Shown: positions 40,300 to 54,403 of the stretch, piece by piece
Numbering within the stretch: the stretch's first letter is position 1
Layout of the letters: the number at the start of each line of letters is the position of its first letter
From: Paraphysomonas bandaiensis
Taxonomy: Eukaryota > Protista > Chrysophyceae
Length of the DNA: 64,000 nucleotides
Direction: 5' to 3'
NCBI GenBank assembly: GCA_965644295.1
Contig: CBFFRP010000208.1
Location: 62,931-126,930 of the forward strand
Notes under the pieces: generated by a model
The model's database searches: none
What the model was told of the DNA's origin: nothing
What the model saw: only the letters and a program-made list of their open reading frames with translations
Position numbers and translations under genes: made by a program

Positions 40300-40630
40300 C
40301 CCTCAACAAATCGAGCTTGCCACTTTTCGTGGTGTAAGTACCGCATATATTTCTCCAGGAAACTAACGTGAGCAGCATATATACCTAGTCATCAGATAGT
40401 GTCGCCAGGATAATTGAAACTCCTGAGGTCAGCAGATGTCAGGCATATCAACATTCTGCTTGTTGCTCACTGCATTGAGTGATAGAGCGAAAGTGGTTGC
40501 ACCTTGGTGCTTACGGTGACGCACAAGCAGCTTTTGTAGCGTTAAATATGGTAGGATATCAGAGGTAAGCATGAGTTCTGACTCTCTTAACACGCCTATT
40601 TATTGCTAATAATAAAACATTCACTACCAC
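40300..40630 (+). mobile_element. Repeat family 1 copy (A head, internal deletion, A tail plus B)
   Basis: ccctcaacaaatcg..ttttcgtggtg..ggaaactaacgtgagc..gagtgatagagcgaaagtggttgcacc..aataaaacattcactac. Confidence 0.8.
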
Positions 40631-41680
40631 AACATTTTACAATACATCATATTGATATATATATTTTCAAGCCCTGATAGATGGATCGATGTACGTATAC
40701 GTATTACGTATGTATGAGTAATATCATTGTTGTTGTTATTAGTACCACTCAACTACTAATGTTAAGTACTCAGTACATGTTGAAAATTTCAAACTGAAGT
40801 GTTGTTGTGTACTTGTGTACCATATGTTGCAGTCTATCCTCTATTGGCGCAGTACTTTTTCAAGCGCTCACCTGTACCCTGTACATATTGTCCCAAAACA
40901 ATCAAGGAGAGAAGTTCTCTTTCCTCTCTGGGGTTTAGAAGTCCACCCCTCTTCTCCTCGTTTTTAGAAGTATGTTGTCTAGTGCAATATATTGCAGTAT
41001 AATATTCTACTACAGAGATATGTCGAACTCTTAGTGTTGTAGTTATTAACTTAAGCTTGTAGTTAGTGCAGTATTGACTGATTTATGTTAAGAGATATAT
41101 ATAGTGAAATTATGATGTTGTAGCACTGTGATTTAGGAACCACGTCATTCACCAACATCAACATTCTGTTCTACAAATCATATCTTTAACAGCTACTATA
41201 TTTTCGGTTTCTTTGTATACTTGTAATAGCTACTCCTATAGTGCAGTCATGTAAATTCTGTATTTCATTGCTACATAGAATACAGGATAGCTACTAGCGA
41301 TAGGTTCTACCAAACTTCAAGTACGCACGTAGAAGTTGGTTGTAGTTCAATAGTAGTAAAAGAAAGTTTGACTGTGCAAGTAACCTCAATCTATGACAAA
41401 CAATAAATATTGCAAAATACTTTCCGTAAGATATCGATAGACTGACCAAAAGAAATGTACAATAATCCAAAACATACTTGTAAAAAAATGCAGTTGTCGA
41501 TAATTATTACATGTACCACTACGCGTATTGAAAACGCAACCACATCATTATCCCCATGTGATATAACTGAAACTATTGGCTAAAACATCACTGGAGAGCT
41601 AAAACTAAAATTAATATGTTCCGATCAATTCTGCAACACACGTTTAGTTTGTTCCGATTAATGCAATGAAATCGTAGTGC

Positions 41681-43966
41681 TCATTCTGTAGGGTCAGAAA
41701 TAATTTTGCTCCAAGGATGCTCATGGCGGCCGTACTAAAATTCAGAAAATTACATACATCATGAAAACATTAAATATCCTGTGTGACTATATACATTGAT
41801 TTGTATCAAGTTAAACGCATACCTGAATATCAAGTAGCATTTCCCTGATCTTCTCCGCAAGGGACAGGCTGTCCGATCTCCCCATCAGTTTTCCAGAGTC
41901 AGACCCACAAGGAATATTGATTTCATGGCCAAGATATTTGATCTGATTCACGGGGCTAACAATTGCAGCAGTACCAGCACCAAAAGCCTCAACAAGCTGC
42001 AGTCAATACAACGAGCTGAGTCAGAAGATAGTGTAACACAAGTTGTGGATTAGGACTAATATCCATTGTTGGTATGTGTTTGTATACGCATTTTACAAAC
42101 AGTACAAAATACATGGTCTCAATTATTTTGGATATAAGTCGAAATAACTCTTACCCGTCCCTCTTCAGACGCCTTAAGTACATCCTTCATTGTTATCCAC
42201 TTCTCGTTCACCTCAAGCCTTCCGCCCTATATATATAAATAACGATATACAATTCATACACTCCACAGTGGTTTCCTCATCAGTATACATCAAACAAACA
42301 CCCGTACTCAGTTACAAATACATATCACTACTAAGTCCATATATAACTTTAACGCGAATCCATAACAACCTTGGTGGAGAGATTAGACTGCCCCCAGTCT
42401 TCTCGACAGAGGTTAAGAATGCTGTTGCGAGTGACTCCTACATATGGAATAGAATTAATGCAATATCAGCACAAACACATCATAGTTCATAAACGACGTA
42501 GACCACTGTAATCGCATACCTGGAAGGACATCTCCCCTAGTCAGTGGAGCAGTAACTAGCTCTAGTTGACTGTCTGGGTGGTTCTCCTTTCGAAACAAGA
42601 AGAATATGTTCATAGCGCCAACTTCAGTAATTTCATGGTTGTCTCCAAACAACCAAAGAATCTGACAGGCGTGAATTATCACACGAACATGCACTAAATA
42701 ATGGACGGTGCTTAGTAGCACCCGATTACCTGCTGGTAACCTTCTGCGGCCGCTTTGGCGGAGATATCGATTGAAGGAGCATAGTTTCCTCCGACCTATT
42801 TATTATATGACAATTATAAACAAGTCTGTCAAATATATATGTTCATTGTATGTATGGACGTCTCACTATACATTCATTAGAGTCCGCACAATCCATACAC
42901 AGAATGGTTGCATACCTTCACACTTCCTACCCCACCCGGCCAGGCTCTAACATTAGTTGGGTCCGCGAGCAGCTTCACCGGGACAGTACTTCCCGTCTTG
43001 TAATATGGCCCCACAGGGGAAAGAATTGCATACACTTTCACTTCTTCGCTTGCATGCACTCCCAAAAAAGGCTGTAACACCAAAAACAGTTCCAATGAGG
43101 AATCATACCGCATCCACGAAGGGTTACATGTATATGCAGTGCCGCAAAACAATCCAATTGCTATGGATATATATGACTCACAGTATGGACAACACCACGT
43201 ACCGATGTGCCAATCGCTGTTGGGCGGATGTAGAGAGAGTATCCATCTTCCTTAGGAACCCAGGAGCCGTCAATCCTCACCAACTCCTCTAGACACTTCA
43301 AAAACCCATCCTTGTCCAGTGAGGGCATAGCGAGGCGAGTCATGGAGTTGTTCATACGTTCCATATTCATGTCAGGGCGGAATAAGCGAAGGCGGTTTTG
43401 GGAATCTTTGTAAGCCTTCATTCCTTCAAAGCACTAGACAGTAGAACGTTAAGTAACGGTTAAAATCAGAAAATTCAATGTATACCTGTATTCCATAATG
43501 AAGCGCAGAAATTGCAGGGGATAAGCTAAAATTCTTATATTCAGATATAACGGGGTTCCTGAAGTGCGTCCAGAATAAATCCACCGCACGCAGGCAAAAG
43601 ATACTTACTTCCATCCAGAGTCTCTGTGCCAGTCGACCTCAAGCATGTGGTCAGAAAAAGTATGTCCGAACTGTAGCTCCTGTAGGGGAGTCTTGGCCTG
43701 CTCGATATCATCACAACCACACAGCTAGGGACACACATGTACACACAGCAAAGAGAGCAGGGCACACACGCACCTTCAAGTTCTGGCTCTTACGAATTTC
43801 CAGCTTAGTGGGCTGCAAAAACACGCGTGAGACCGAAGATCACCCCACAGAGAGAGGCAGGAGCAGCACTTACATCGATGCAGTCGTTGTAACAGGACAT
43901 CGACCGAAACTGAAGGCCCGCAGAGCGGATAGCGGCCTTGTTGACTGAGGAAGATAGGCGCATCAT
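41681..43966 (-). CDS. BCAT: Branched-chain amino acid aminotransferase (class IV PLP), probably mitochondrial, many exons
   Basis: TFSDHML, SALHYGIQCFEGMKAY, LFRPDMNMERM, YSLYIRPT, SPVGPYY, RAWPGGVG, EVGAMNIFF, LPGVTRNSIL, EAFGAGTAAIV and DIQYGRHEHPWS. Confidence 0.95.
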
Positions 43967-44754
43967 GAGACACTCGGGAACTACGAGTAGCAAGTATGCA
44001 ATAGGGGGCGGAGCAATGTTGCGGATATGAGGCACAACCAGCACAACTGCAGTATATATATGTATACATGCGCTGCTATGTATGCATACCAAACACAGAG
44101 TATACAGAGCATCTACTGCTGTATGTGTGGAATCCTACAGGTGATCTCGAACAAAAACAGGCAGATCATATTCACTGGCTGGCCGATACTTCTTACCCAG
44201 CTCAAGTGCGATTATATCCAATCACCTACTCCACTGCAGCTATGATTGGCTCCATATATGAACGTCATCACCTACACATCAACATCACACATACAACAAT
44301 GCTGCCAAATTTCAGTTTAAAAAAATGAAATATTTGTATTTTTGTAGTTGTAGTTTAGTAGTATACGTACCGTAGTGGCAAAAGAGGGACAACCAGGAAA
44401 AAAATACCTACATTGATCATCAAAAAACAGTATACAGCTACAAACCTGGGTTTTTTATCAGGTCGACTTTTCCACTCACGGATACACACATTCGTATAGT
44501 TCTCATACATGTGAGAAGATGAAGGACCACATGCAGTTGTACCTCGACACAGTACAGAGTGGAGTATACAGCAGCATGGTACGATAGTATACACATAGCA
44601 GTCTCGCTCGGTGTGTGTGTGTGTGTATGCAGATATCTAACTGGGGCCGGAATATAATATCAGAGCTAACAGCACCAAAATACACCGCAGTGCTCTGCAT
44701 TCACTTCATTCGATAGATAGCAGCGAGCGGAAGTGATCTATAGCTATAGATAGC

Positions 44755-46228
44755 ATGGACGAAGATGAATATACGGTTGAGAGGACTCTCTGTCAGCTGC
44801 CCTCTGTGCACGTGTTCCGCATCCCCACTCTGAACACTGCTGTAGGCTACAGGTGCGTGCATGCTCCCAGTGCAAATCAACTCACAGATATCTGTAACTC
44901 AGAGCCGCTGATTGGCCGAAAGACCCGGTGTGGTCCGGCAAATTAAAAATAACTGCTAAAGGCCGCAACTGTGTGATTTATCTGCTCGACGACCAGAATA
45001 ACGTCTTCGCGAAGTGCCCCTACAACGACAATGCTGTGGAGAAAGGTGTGACATTGATGTTGATATGATGTGTGTTGATGTGTGGGCTCAGTGAAGGACA
45101 GCGGCAGATACTTTGTGCTGAAAATAATAAATGATGCGGGGAGACACGCCTTCATTGGCATCGCATTCAATGAGCGTAATGATGCCTTTGATTTTAATGT
45201 TTCCCTCCAGGAACACAAAAAGTACGTAATGATATTTTGAATATATATTCTGAAATGGGTGACTTTATGACGGTGGTATGACGGTGGCCTTCCATAGTCA
45301 CAATAGATTCCTTGTATTCACACATCGCAATGCTGTGCCCCTATGTATCACGTGAGAATACATTGTCTTCGAACGATAATCTGTACTCTTGATATTTACG
45401 CATTGTCTACGCAGTGAGTGTGAGAGGGAAGATCGTGCAGCTGCAGGTGAGCTTCCCTCCGAACTCCCTGTCCAGGATCGCTCCATCAAACAAGGAGAAA
45501 AAATAAAAGTAAAAATTGGCAACATAGGGGTAAGAAATCTTTTCGAACAGTAAGAATACGAGTTTATGATGACACTGTTCTGTGTTATGCATTTTGACAT
45601 CTCGTCGTTCGTATGTTTTCAACTACTATCATCACATTGATTTGGGAATAATATGTGCCTACGCCTAGGGAAGTAAACGAGAGGGCAAGAAAGTCTCAAA
45701 TTCGACTGGGGTACTAGCTCCTCCTCCCGCTGGCGGCGGGCTCTTAGCCCCACCTTCAAGCAAACCAGCTGGAACTGCACCGCCAAGGGATACGTCAGGA
45801 GTCACCTCGTTCGATGTGTTCGACACCTCCACAGCTAAAGGAGGGGCAACGGACACAACAGTGTTTGGATTTGATTCATTTGCGTCAAGGTGGGAGTTCT
45901 ACTTTGTATAGGAGGCACAATACTACATTCATAATGCTCTTTTCATCATAAATTTGTCATACCATATTAAGTTGTGCTTTGCTAGTTGTGGTTGGAGACT
46001 TCTTACCTAAATTATGCTATTGTGTGCAGTGACCCTTTCGCCCCACCAACCAATCCGTCGGCACAATCCTCTGGCACATCATCTTCTGATCCCTTTGCGT
46101 CGTCTAATGACCCTTTCGCAAGCACGTCAGCCGCTTCAAGTGATCCGTTCGGCTTTTCTGTGTCGTCCAGCACCCCTTCGTCGAACACCAACTCGAGTAG
46201 CAACTCCAACAGCCTGTTGGACTTTTAA
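44755..46228 (+). CDS. NECAP: NECAP adaptin-ear-binding coat-associated protein, multi-exon
   Basis: [54 protein letters not shown] and [12 protein letters not shown], with a DPF-rich C-terminus. Confidence 0.95.
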
Positions 46229-46523
46229 TTGGAAAAGTATTCAACGGAACTAATTGGTGTAGAGGTGTCAATCAGTATTTTATCTTGAGCAGCTGAGTAT
46301 GTAATACTTAATATTTGAGATTTCGTGAATGACATTTTTATAAATGTAAAAACTACGATACTATGGCGTCAGACTGACTTGTCATCTGTGGGGTGTGTTG
46401 TGTGTTCTCCATTCTCCACCTTAGCCTTGTCAAGGTAGTGGCTTTTTGGTACCATACTCATGTATCATATATATGGCATTTTTGGCTTTAGTCATGATTG
46501 TCCGCTTAAGTCATTATTTACTT

Positions 46524-46575
46524 CAGGGTCTGATAACCATTAATGGGGCCCAGTTCCCTGTAATTATATTGGCCA
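46524..46575 (+). repeat. Truncated left end of the hAT-type MITE
   Basis: cagggtctgataaccattaatggggcccagttccc matches 39789-39825. Confidence 0.75.
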
Positions 46576-46842
46576 TTTTTGTCTAACTAGATAATATCGC
46601 CCACAATAGATTATAGATTAGGGTGACAATAACAATAATTTTAATATGGCAGTCGCTTTTATTAAGTTATATTTGTTCCATTGTAAGCTATTTTTTCTTT
46701 ACCCGAACTTATATATGTGTCGTACGTAATAAAGCAATTTAGTGTCAATTTCAAACACCACGAAGTATGCACGCATGCACTTCACTTGTCGAGTTTGTTG
46801 ATTCTCACAAAACTATTTTCTATCACTTATAGATATAGTCAT

Positions 46843-47177
46843 GATATAGTCAGCAGGTATTGTTCTGCTTACTCATAGCTAAATAATGCTTGTGTGGTAC
46901 AAGGGTTACTAGTAAGTGTGTAAGTGTCACTTGTGTAGACGTCTTTGGCCTTGTTGAATAGAGGCAAGCATCCGGAAATAGGCCCACCTCAAGCCTCAAG
47001 GGCATCCGGGATATAGGACTGCCTGCTGAACTGGCTGTTTACTTTAAGGGCTCAAAAATTCTGAAGTTAGCAGACGCCAGGTATATCAGCACTCTACTTG
47101 CTCACTGCGTTTGCTTGGAGTGATAGAGCGAAAGTGGTTACACCTTGGTGCTTAAGGTGACGCACAAGCAGCTTTTA
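46843..47177 (+). mobile_element. Repeat family 1 copy (A plus start of B)
   Basis: atatagtcagcag..tgcttgtgtggtacaaggg..gcatccgg subrepeats..gagtgatagagcgaaagtggttacaccttggtgc..cacaagcagctttt. Confidence 0.85.
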
Positions 47178-47289
47178 TTTAGGAACGTAAAATTACTGTT
47201 GCATGTTGTGGGAAACGTAATAAACGTACTACTTTATTAAATGTTTGCATAAGGTGTCACTTTGGAATAATTCATCATCATCAGCGGAC

Positions 47290-47582
47290 TGTACACGGAC
47301 CGATGCTTGACTTCAGCAGGGAGTCCAACCCCCCGGATGTCCTTTTGAGGTAAGCCCATTCCCGGATGCCTGTTTATTTGCCAAGGCCCAAAGACGTATA
47401 TACACAAGGACCTTTTATATAATAGTGCCCCTTGTACCACACAAGCATTCGGCTATGAGTAGGCTGAAAATTTTCTGTTGCCTATAAAATATGCGACTCA
47501 AGTTTGTTTTCTGGAGAAATATCTTCGGTACTTTTATCCTCCAGAACACCACGAAAAGGTGCGAGTACGACTTGTTGAAGGG
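47290..47582 (-). mobile_element. Repeat family 1 module A, inverted relative to the adjacent copy
   Basis: The reverse complement starts cccttcaacaagtcgtactcgcaccttttcgtggtgttctgg and contains the gcatccggg subrepeats. Confidence 0.85.
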
Positions 47583-48359
47583 AGTTAATAAGATAAGTAA
47601 TATTATCCTTTAATTAATGTACCTTTTCTTGTTGGGTTATATAATTATATATACATGGGCTGGTCAGAAATGCACATGTATATTATATGAGAGTAAATAG
47701 TTATGTTTGAATGTTTGTTTTGATGCTCTGTAAGCCATTAATATGTTGTGTCGTGTGAGCTGGTATCTTATACAGTCACAGTGTGTAATCAATGGATATA
47801 AGAACGACAAAATTGACTACTAGAAGGTTGAGTCATATATTACTTTGACTAGGCTATTCCACCAATTTTGGTATGACTAAGTTGAATAATGTTTCCCATA
47901 TATATATAATATTATCATAATATTATAGAATTAGACATAAGCTTTCGCCTTTTGCCTCCTATAACTTAATCTATACAATATATTTATCTAATCAGTAAAT
48001 CGTCAGTCAGCAACATAGTATTCCTTATACTTGAATTTTTTACTGTCTTCCTTATTTATTATTTAATACTGTAGTACACACAGTGATAGCTTACCTTTTG
48101 TTATAATATCATTACTCATAAAGAAAAACCTGCGCATTTTTGAATATTGCATAATATCTCGTACGCATTGGTAGTAGATATATTGAAGCAGTGTAAAACT
48201 AGTTTCTGTACACAACCGCGCTCCTGTAATAATCAGATACACATTTAGCCATAATATTATCCAATATCATATATATTATATTTTGTTAGCACTGAACTTC
48301 TGAGGACCGCACAGTTACGGCTATACCACATATATATAGCAAACCGCTCTCGCCGATAT

Positions 48360-51300
48360 CTATGTTACACATCTAAATTTATCAAACATGGTACATTGTC
48401 TCAAAGTACTAGATTTACAAGTCTTAGGAGTGCTACTTTTCCCTTTCTTTCGACCTTTTGTACTCAATTTGGTCACCTCAGGCTGATGACATTCTAGATC
48501 TTTACTAGAGCTGATGACCGCATTGCACTCATCGGCTGTTGACGTCGCGGCCATATTTCGCACACATTTTTCCCAGACATGATTCGAATTTGAGTTGCTG
48601 TCTTCTACTATTATTACCTCGACACGGCTTTGCGGAATGTTTTCATCTTGAGGGAAAGGGGCGGTGTCCACCAAATCTGTAATTAGAGACGCCTTCACTT
48701 TTCTACTTGGGCCGTCCAACGCAAACCTAATTACAAAACAATCCGATGAATGAGACGTCGCACGACACAACGGGAATCATATCTATCATGACAGCGATCA
48801 ATGTACCTATCAAACAGGCTTCTCGATGGGGAAATAGGTGGCGACAACGTTTCTGTATATGTCTCAGTTTTGATCTTATTATCTACAGCAGAACTGGCTC
48901 CAACAGACTTTTTACTACTCACGGGGGATGATAACTGCTCGATATTTTCACTCGCGACTTGTATTTTCCTAGCCTGTAACTTTTCCAGTGCTCCCTGAGA
49001 ATAGGTGAGATACAAAATGAAGTAACACATAGATTATACACCGTATACACAATATATATCAACATAAAACTATTCTAAGTGTAGTTACCTTTGTAGAAAT
49101 ACTGTCACGGGGCCTCTTTGACTGTCTATTTGTCATTGCCTCATTCCATTGCGTATGCATAGTCGTGTTTGATGACTTCACACTGCATGCACCACCATTT
49201 AGCTTCAATGAATCGTCGGTGGCATGGTGCGCATGAGATATAGCGCCATGATGTGGGGAAGATTTCGCAGCGAGGGAGGTCGAGCTAGGTCGTGAATTTC
49301 CACCGACAGAGGTAGATGATTGAGAGGATCGAACACTAAAATATGACTTGACAGAATTCGTGTTTGCCAAAATACTCTTCGATGATCCCGAGTATTTGGC
49401 GTTTGTAGTAGCTGAGTTTTTTACTCTTGCACTCCCAGCTGTTCCAATTGTGTGTCGTCTGTTTAGATTTCCTTTCGCTGGGGTCAGTCATGAAAAGAGA
49501 TGCATGGTTGCGTACCATGAGGTGCTCCGTTAGAGGTAAATGAGTTATTACGGGAATCTGAGTACGACGTCGATATAGATCGGCGAGTTTCAGGAAGGCG
49601 CAGCCCGCTGCAATCAATGAGCTCCGGAAGATTGAAGGGTTCCTGTACACATAATTAAGCGCATACATACCTGTACAAGATATGCTACAAAAAGTATTGT
49701 ATGTGCCAATTATCAACATTAACCATCAGTACCACATTATGAAATGGCATATATATACGACTTCGAATGCGGTAGGCCAAGTGCAAGGCATGCAGCTTAT
49801 GTGTATTACACTGAGCATACCTTTGTCTCAGGATCGATGTAACCATCCGCAATTCCACATGCTGTCTTATCATCCAGTGGACTTCCCAGTACCTCCAATA
49901 CACCCCCTTCTGCTGGTATCCAGCTATACTCAATTTTATTTTCTGATTGTATCAGGCGGCCTGGTATAGTTATGTACTCGGGAAACGTCCCAGCGTCATT
50001 GTTTTTCGGAAGAGGTCGCAAATGTGAGGTCTAGAGGTAAAATGATACACAAGAGTTACGTGAGCTGATAATATAGTGCCACAATAGTATATCATAGATT
50101 CGAGGAACGAAATAAATAAATCAATAAACTAATCGGCATTACATACACGAACCTTCCGCATTCTAACATCGAACACAGTTTGATGCTGAAACGTCAACAA
50201 AGCCTAAACAATGTTATTATTCCATGAGAACACAACTTCATAGTAAGAACATACTTGATAAAACAGAAACTCGTAAAGCAGCACTGATGGATGTTGTGTA
50301 CCTAAAGAGGACGGAGGAAGTTTGACAGGGACCAGGGGAATAGTCCCTTCGAACTTCAAGTTGCGCAAAACACGAGCAGGGGTACTACACACAGAGGGAA
50401 GCTGTTACGGAGACGACGAGCAATAAAGGCATCAAAACAAAATAAGGACATGAATGCTTTTTAAAAGCACCCTAACAACGCATTACCGAAGTCGGTTGAC
50501 AAGCTTGTAACTTTTCTTTAGCCCGTATCCATTTAATGATGGCTGACACACAAAAATCAGTCGTTAAACATATCACAGCTGAAGCACAAACATGTACAAA
50601 TGAGTGTTTGCACTGTGAAAGAGTAACATCGCAAAACGGTAGGCCAAAGGGATACGATACAAAAACAGCAGTAAACCAGAACAACATGCCGAATAAAGCT
50701 ACACCAACGAATAAAGCATGTAGTTATTCTAATACAGCGCCAGAATGAACGCATGAAAGCTCACCAAGTAGTCGCAGCCTGAGAGAATGCATAACGTAGC
50801 CAGCATCTCAGGGGTAAACTGGCGCAGATCAAAGTTCTCTATTTTGGTGTCACTCAGATGTCTGAGCACCAGATGCTCACACATGCCACTTCTATTATCA
50901 AGCTTGAATAGTACCTGCCAGGAATATACATTTATAATAATCCAATCGTAACTATTCAAAAGAATATGCTGTGTGCAACAGAGACTTGTGTAATAGTACT
51001 CATTAGCATACAATGGAAATCAAGCTTATGCTATAGCATGTGCATAAGACATATTTACACAGTTAACACATAAACACTAAACATGATACGTAATAGAGAA
51101 ACGTCGACCATAGCAGTGATAGGGGTCGTCAACTTACTTCTTTACACTGATATGGAATACAATCAGAATCCTCTGAAACAACGGCATCAACAATGCCAGC
51201 CATGCACATATACGCTAACTGTGCATCGGCTTCATATGGGGCTACAACACACTTTACTTGAGGCCGATGAAGCTTACATATTCGTATTAATTGAGCAGCC

Positions 51301-51686
51301 ATTTTAGGAGTCACATCAACACTCCTGGCCATATGAGAACGAGCGTGAGAAGTGTTTCCAACTTTAGAAAATTGGTTTCCTCGTTCGAGATTCTTCGATC
51401 GGTTTGAAGCTCTCTGTTGTTCGGTGTGTTCTTTAGCGGGTAAGTTACAACCATCGAATACGAGGTGGACCTCGATGTCGAACGCTAGCAGCATGTCGAT
51501 ATACGCCAAACAATACGAGACCCATTTAACAGAGTCTGGATTAGCGATAAGATCCTCCACTGAGCCATATACGGCTTTGTGTATCCAGCTGTAAGTGTCT
51601 ACAGCCACTCGCCTGCCGCGAAACTTACTGATATGAGCCGACTGCACCACCGGCCGAACCAGAGGCAACAGACCTTGAATCCCCAT
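48360..51686 (-). CDS. EXO1: Exonuclease 1 (XPG/RAD2 family), multi-exon
   Basis: MGIQGLLP, AVDTYSWIHK, LVFDG, APYEADAQLAY, SEDSD, CILSGCDYL, H3TH PSLNGYGLKK, LTFQHQTVFD and GIADGYIDP. Confidence 0.95.
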
Positions 51687-52113
51687 GCTGTGGATCAGTT
51701 CATCTCACCGACAAGACTCACAGGACGGGATATAAGTGACGTTAGATGTCTGTTGCTGACGGGCTGTAGGTGGAGAGGGTCATGAGCCCCCGCTGCTGCA
51801 GATGGTCATGTGCGTATGCTGCGCTGTACACTCCGCTAGATGCTCGTGGAACAATATACAAAATTCAAACACACAGCCAGAAGGGACTGTATACTGGAAT
51901 ACATGCAGAATACAGTGACTATAGACACTGTACCGTATACGTATACCGTATACAGGATTTTAGATACGTATTGCATGTGTATGTGTGTATGTGTGTATGT
52001 GTATGTTGTTCTTGTCGAGGGTTGCTTCACTGTGATTGTATGCATGGGATTGTAGCGGAAGTGTTCGGGTTGGATCCGCACATACATGTATCTGTGTGTT
52101 ATATCACACGCCT

Positions 52114-53543
52114 ATGAAGTTTATATCAATAGTCTGTATCTTGAGCTGTGTCAGTGTTGCTGAAGAAAAGGTCCCTCTGGATGGCGTTAGTTCAGCAGGG
52201 AGGTTCAGTGAGTTTGTTGATGGGGTAAACGGGACGCATTTTCTCGTTCCTAAATACGACTCTGTCATCGGAGTATCTCTGAAACTATTTGGCCATTATG
52301 AGCAGCCTGCCCGTAATGCTATTCTCCCGTCTATACCCAGGGACGGCGTAGTGTTCGATATCGGGGCGAATATTGGCTCATGGACAGTACCGTTAGCGCG
52401 TCATGTTGGGCCCAGTGGATGTGTGTATGCATTCGAAGTTTTGCTTGAGAATGCATTATACTTGAACAGTAATATTGCATTGAATGGATTAAACAATGTG
52501 TATCCAATGAACGTCGCTGTTGGAGCAACACAGCGCCAGGTAGAGGTTCCCGAGTTACCGTTCACAGAAACCCATGAAAACCGAGGAGGTTTCAATTTGT
52601 TGTTCATTGCCGCACTAATGGAGAATCATAAACGTGCTGGAGCTCGGACACGCATCGTTCGAGGAGTTACTTTGGACGACATGCTGTCGGATAACACTTT
52701 GCCGTGCCCTCAATTCGTTAAAATGGATGTTGAAATGTCTGAGCTGCATGTATTGCAAGGTGCATTGAACGTATTGCGCAATTGCCAGCCAGCTCTCTAC
52801 TTGGAAATTACTTGTAAACATTATAGCCGCTCTATTATTACTTTGTTAGACAGTTTAGGATATGTAATGGCTTGGGTGGCTGCACCACCAATTGAATTCA
52901 ATAGTTACCATTTCGGTAGAGGCGCAGAACACGTGCCCATTGAGCTCTTCTTTCAGGCAAGTATATATTATGGTTCGTGGTCCTAGTATATATGCACATT
53001 CTATTGCTGTAATAGACAGCGGGAAGCACCTGTTCGGGAATATTATGTTTGAGTCCCTGTGTTCAGAAACCAAAATAATTGTTACTTTTTTATGACAGGC
53101 TTTTTCGAACAATATCAATCTTTTTGCTGTTCCACGTTTTAGACAGTCCGAACTATATAATAGTAATGGTTCGCCGAAAACATATTTTTACCCTGTTGAT
53201 ATTGCAAGAGGAAAGTTTTTGGCAGAAGAATATAATATTACGTAAGCACCTATATTCTGCGCATTAGATCGCTTGTATTACACTATGTATAAGATTACAT
53301 GACTTTATCATCGTGTGCTGGTAGATTTTAACTGTCTCGGCATGGCGTACTACTGTTTATAATATTGAATTATATTGTATGTATTATAAATGGATGTACA
53401 GGTTGTGCACCACTGATGGCACTCAATGTGTACTGTATACGCAAGATGGCACAAGTGAAGGTGACAAACACAGTTGCATATCAGGAAGTTTCGAAGTTCC
53501 AGCTGAGGACAGAGAATATTGGAAGCAAGTGTTGAATAATTGA
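52114..53543 (+). CDS. FkbM-family SAM-dependent methyltransferase with signal peptide, 3 exons
   Basis: VFDIGANIGSWT, VYAFEV, TLDD, FVKMDVEMSELHVLQGA and PALYLE. Hydrophobic N-terminus MKFISIVCILSCVSVA. GC-AG intron 52957-53098 and a GT-AG intron at about 53242-53401. Confidence 0.85.
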
Positions 53544-54403
53544 GTCAATAGCAAAATGCTGACACTTATCTTTGTAAAGTGATCGTTGGTTGGAAGTGTT
53601 GATTGTATTTAGTTGTGTCTATCGTTGATACGCAATGTCTGTTCCTGGGTGTATCATTGACATATGGTTCCTGGCTACTCGTCGCGATAATATATGAAAC
53701 AAATAATAATACCTACTAGAGAATTTCTCATTGCGGAGAAGCCCATTTCTAGGAGTGGTTCGCTGAAAAGTTACGTAATACATTGGGCAAATGCAACTGA
53801 GGGTAATTCGATAACACATTCATTACGATTTAAGCAGTAGATTCAAATTATATTAATTTATTATAGATATCACAGCATTACAAATATCTTGTGCACTAAG
53901 TGTTCTTTCATCTTGAGACAAATATATACAATCATGGGATATAGTTTTCACGCTTTACACTAGCCCAATAGCTAATATAAGTGTCACTTGTGTGTGACGT
54001 CTTTATATGTTAGAAACTTGTTCGTCAACTGCGAATGTTGGTGATGAACGATGACAATCTGCTTCAGGGTCTGACACTTGTTCTTCAACCTCTGAAACAC
54101 TTTATACGCCCCTGCTCCTCCCTCCTCCTAGCAGCGTCATTTTTACTGTTGACTTCACGTCGTGCTTCTCGTTTCTCGTCCAATGTACTGCTTATGTCCT
54201 ATGTGCCGCCAACGGCTGTTGCCGCGTCGTCTCCGAGCATAAGTACTAAAATACTACGGTATAAGTATTAGTGGTGAAGATAGCTATTTATGCGTATGCG
54301 ATGTATCTAAAATCAGGCTATTCGGTTGGAGCATTTCCAATCTCTAGAGAGGCAAATGCAGCTATATACGCTGCATACATATATAATTACAAAGCACAAG
54401 TAG

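Noticed and set aside
54010-54270. Short coding-like charged segment on the minus strand
   Set aside because: It has in-frame stops and no recognisable domain. It is probably transposon debris but cannot be assigned.
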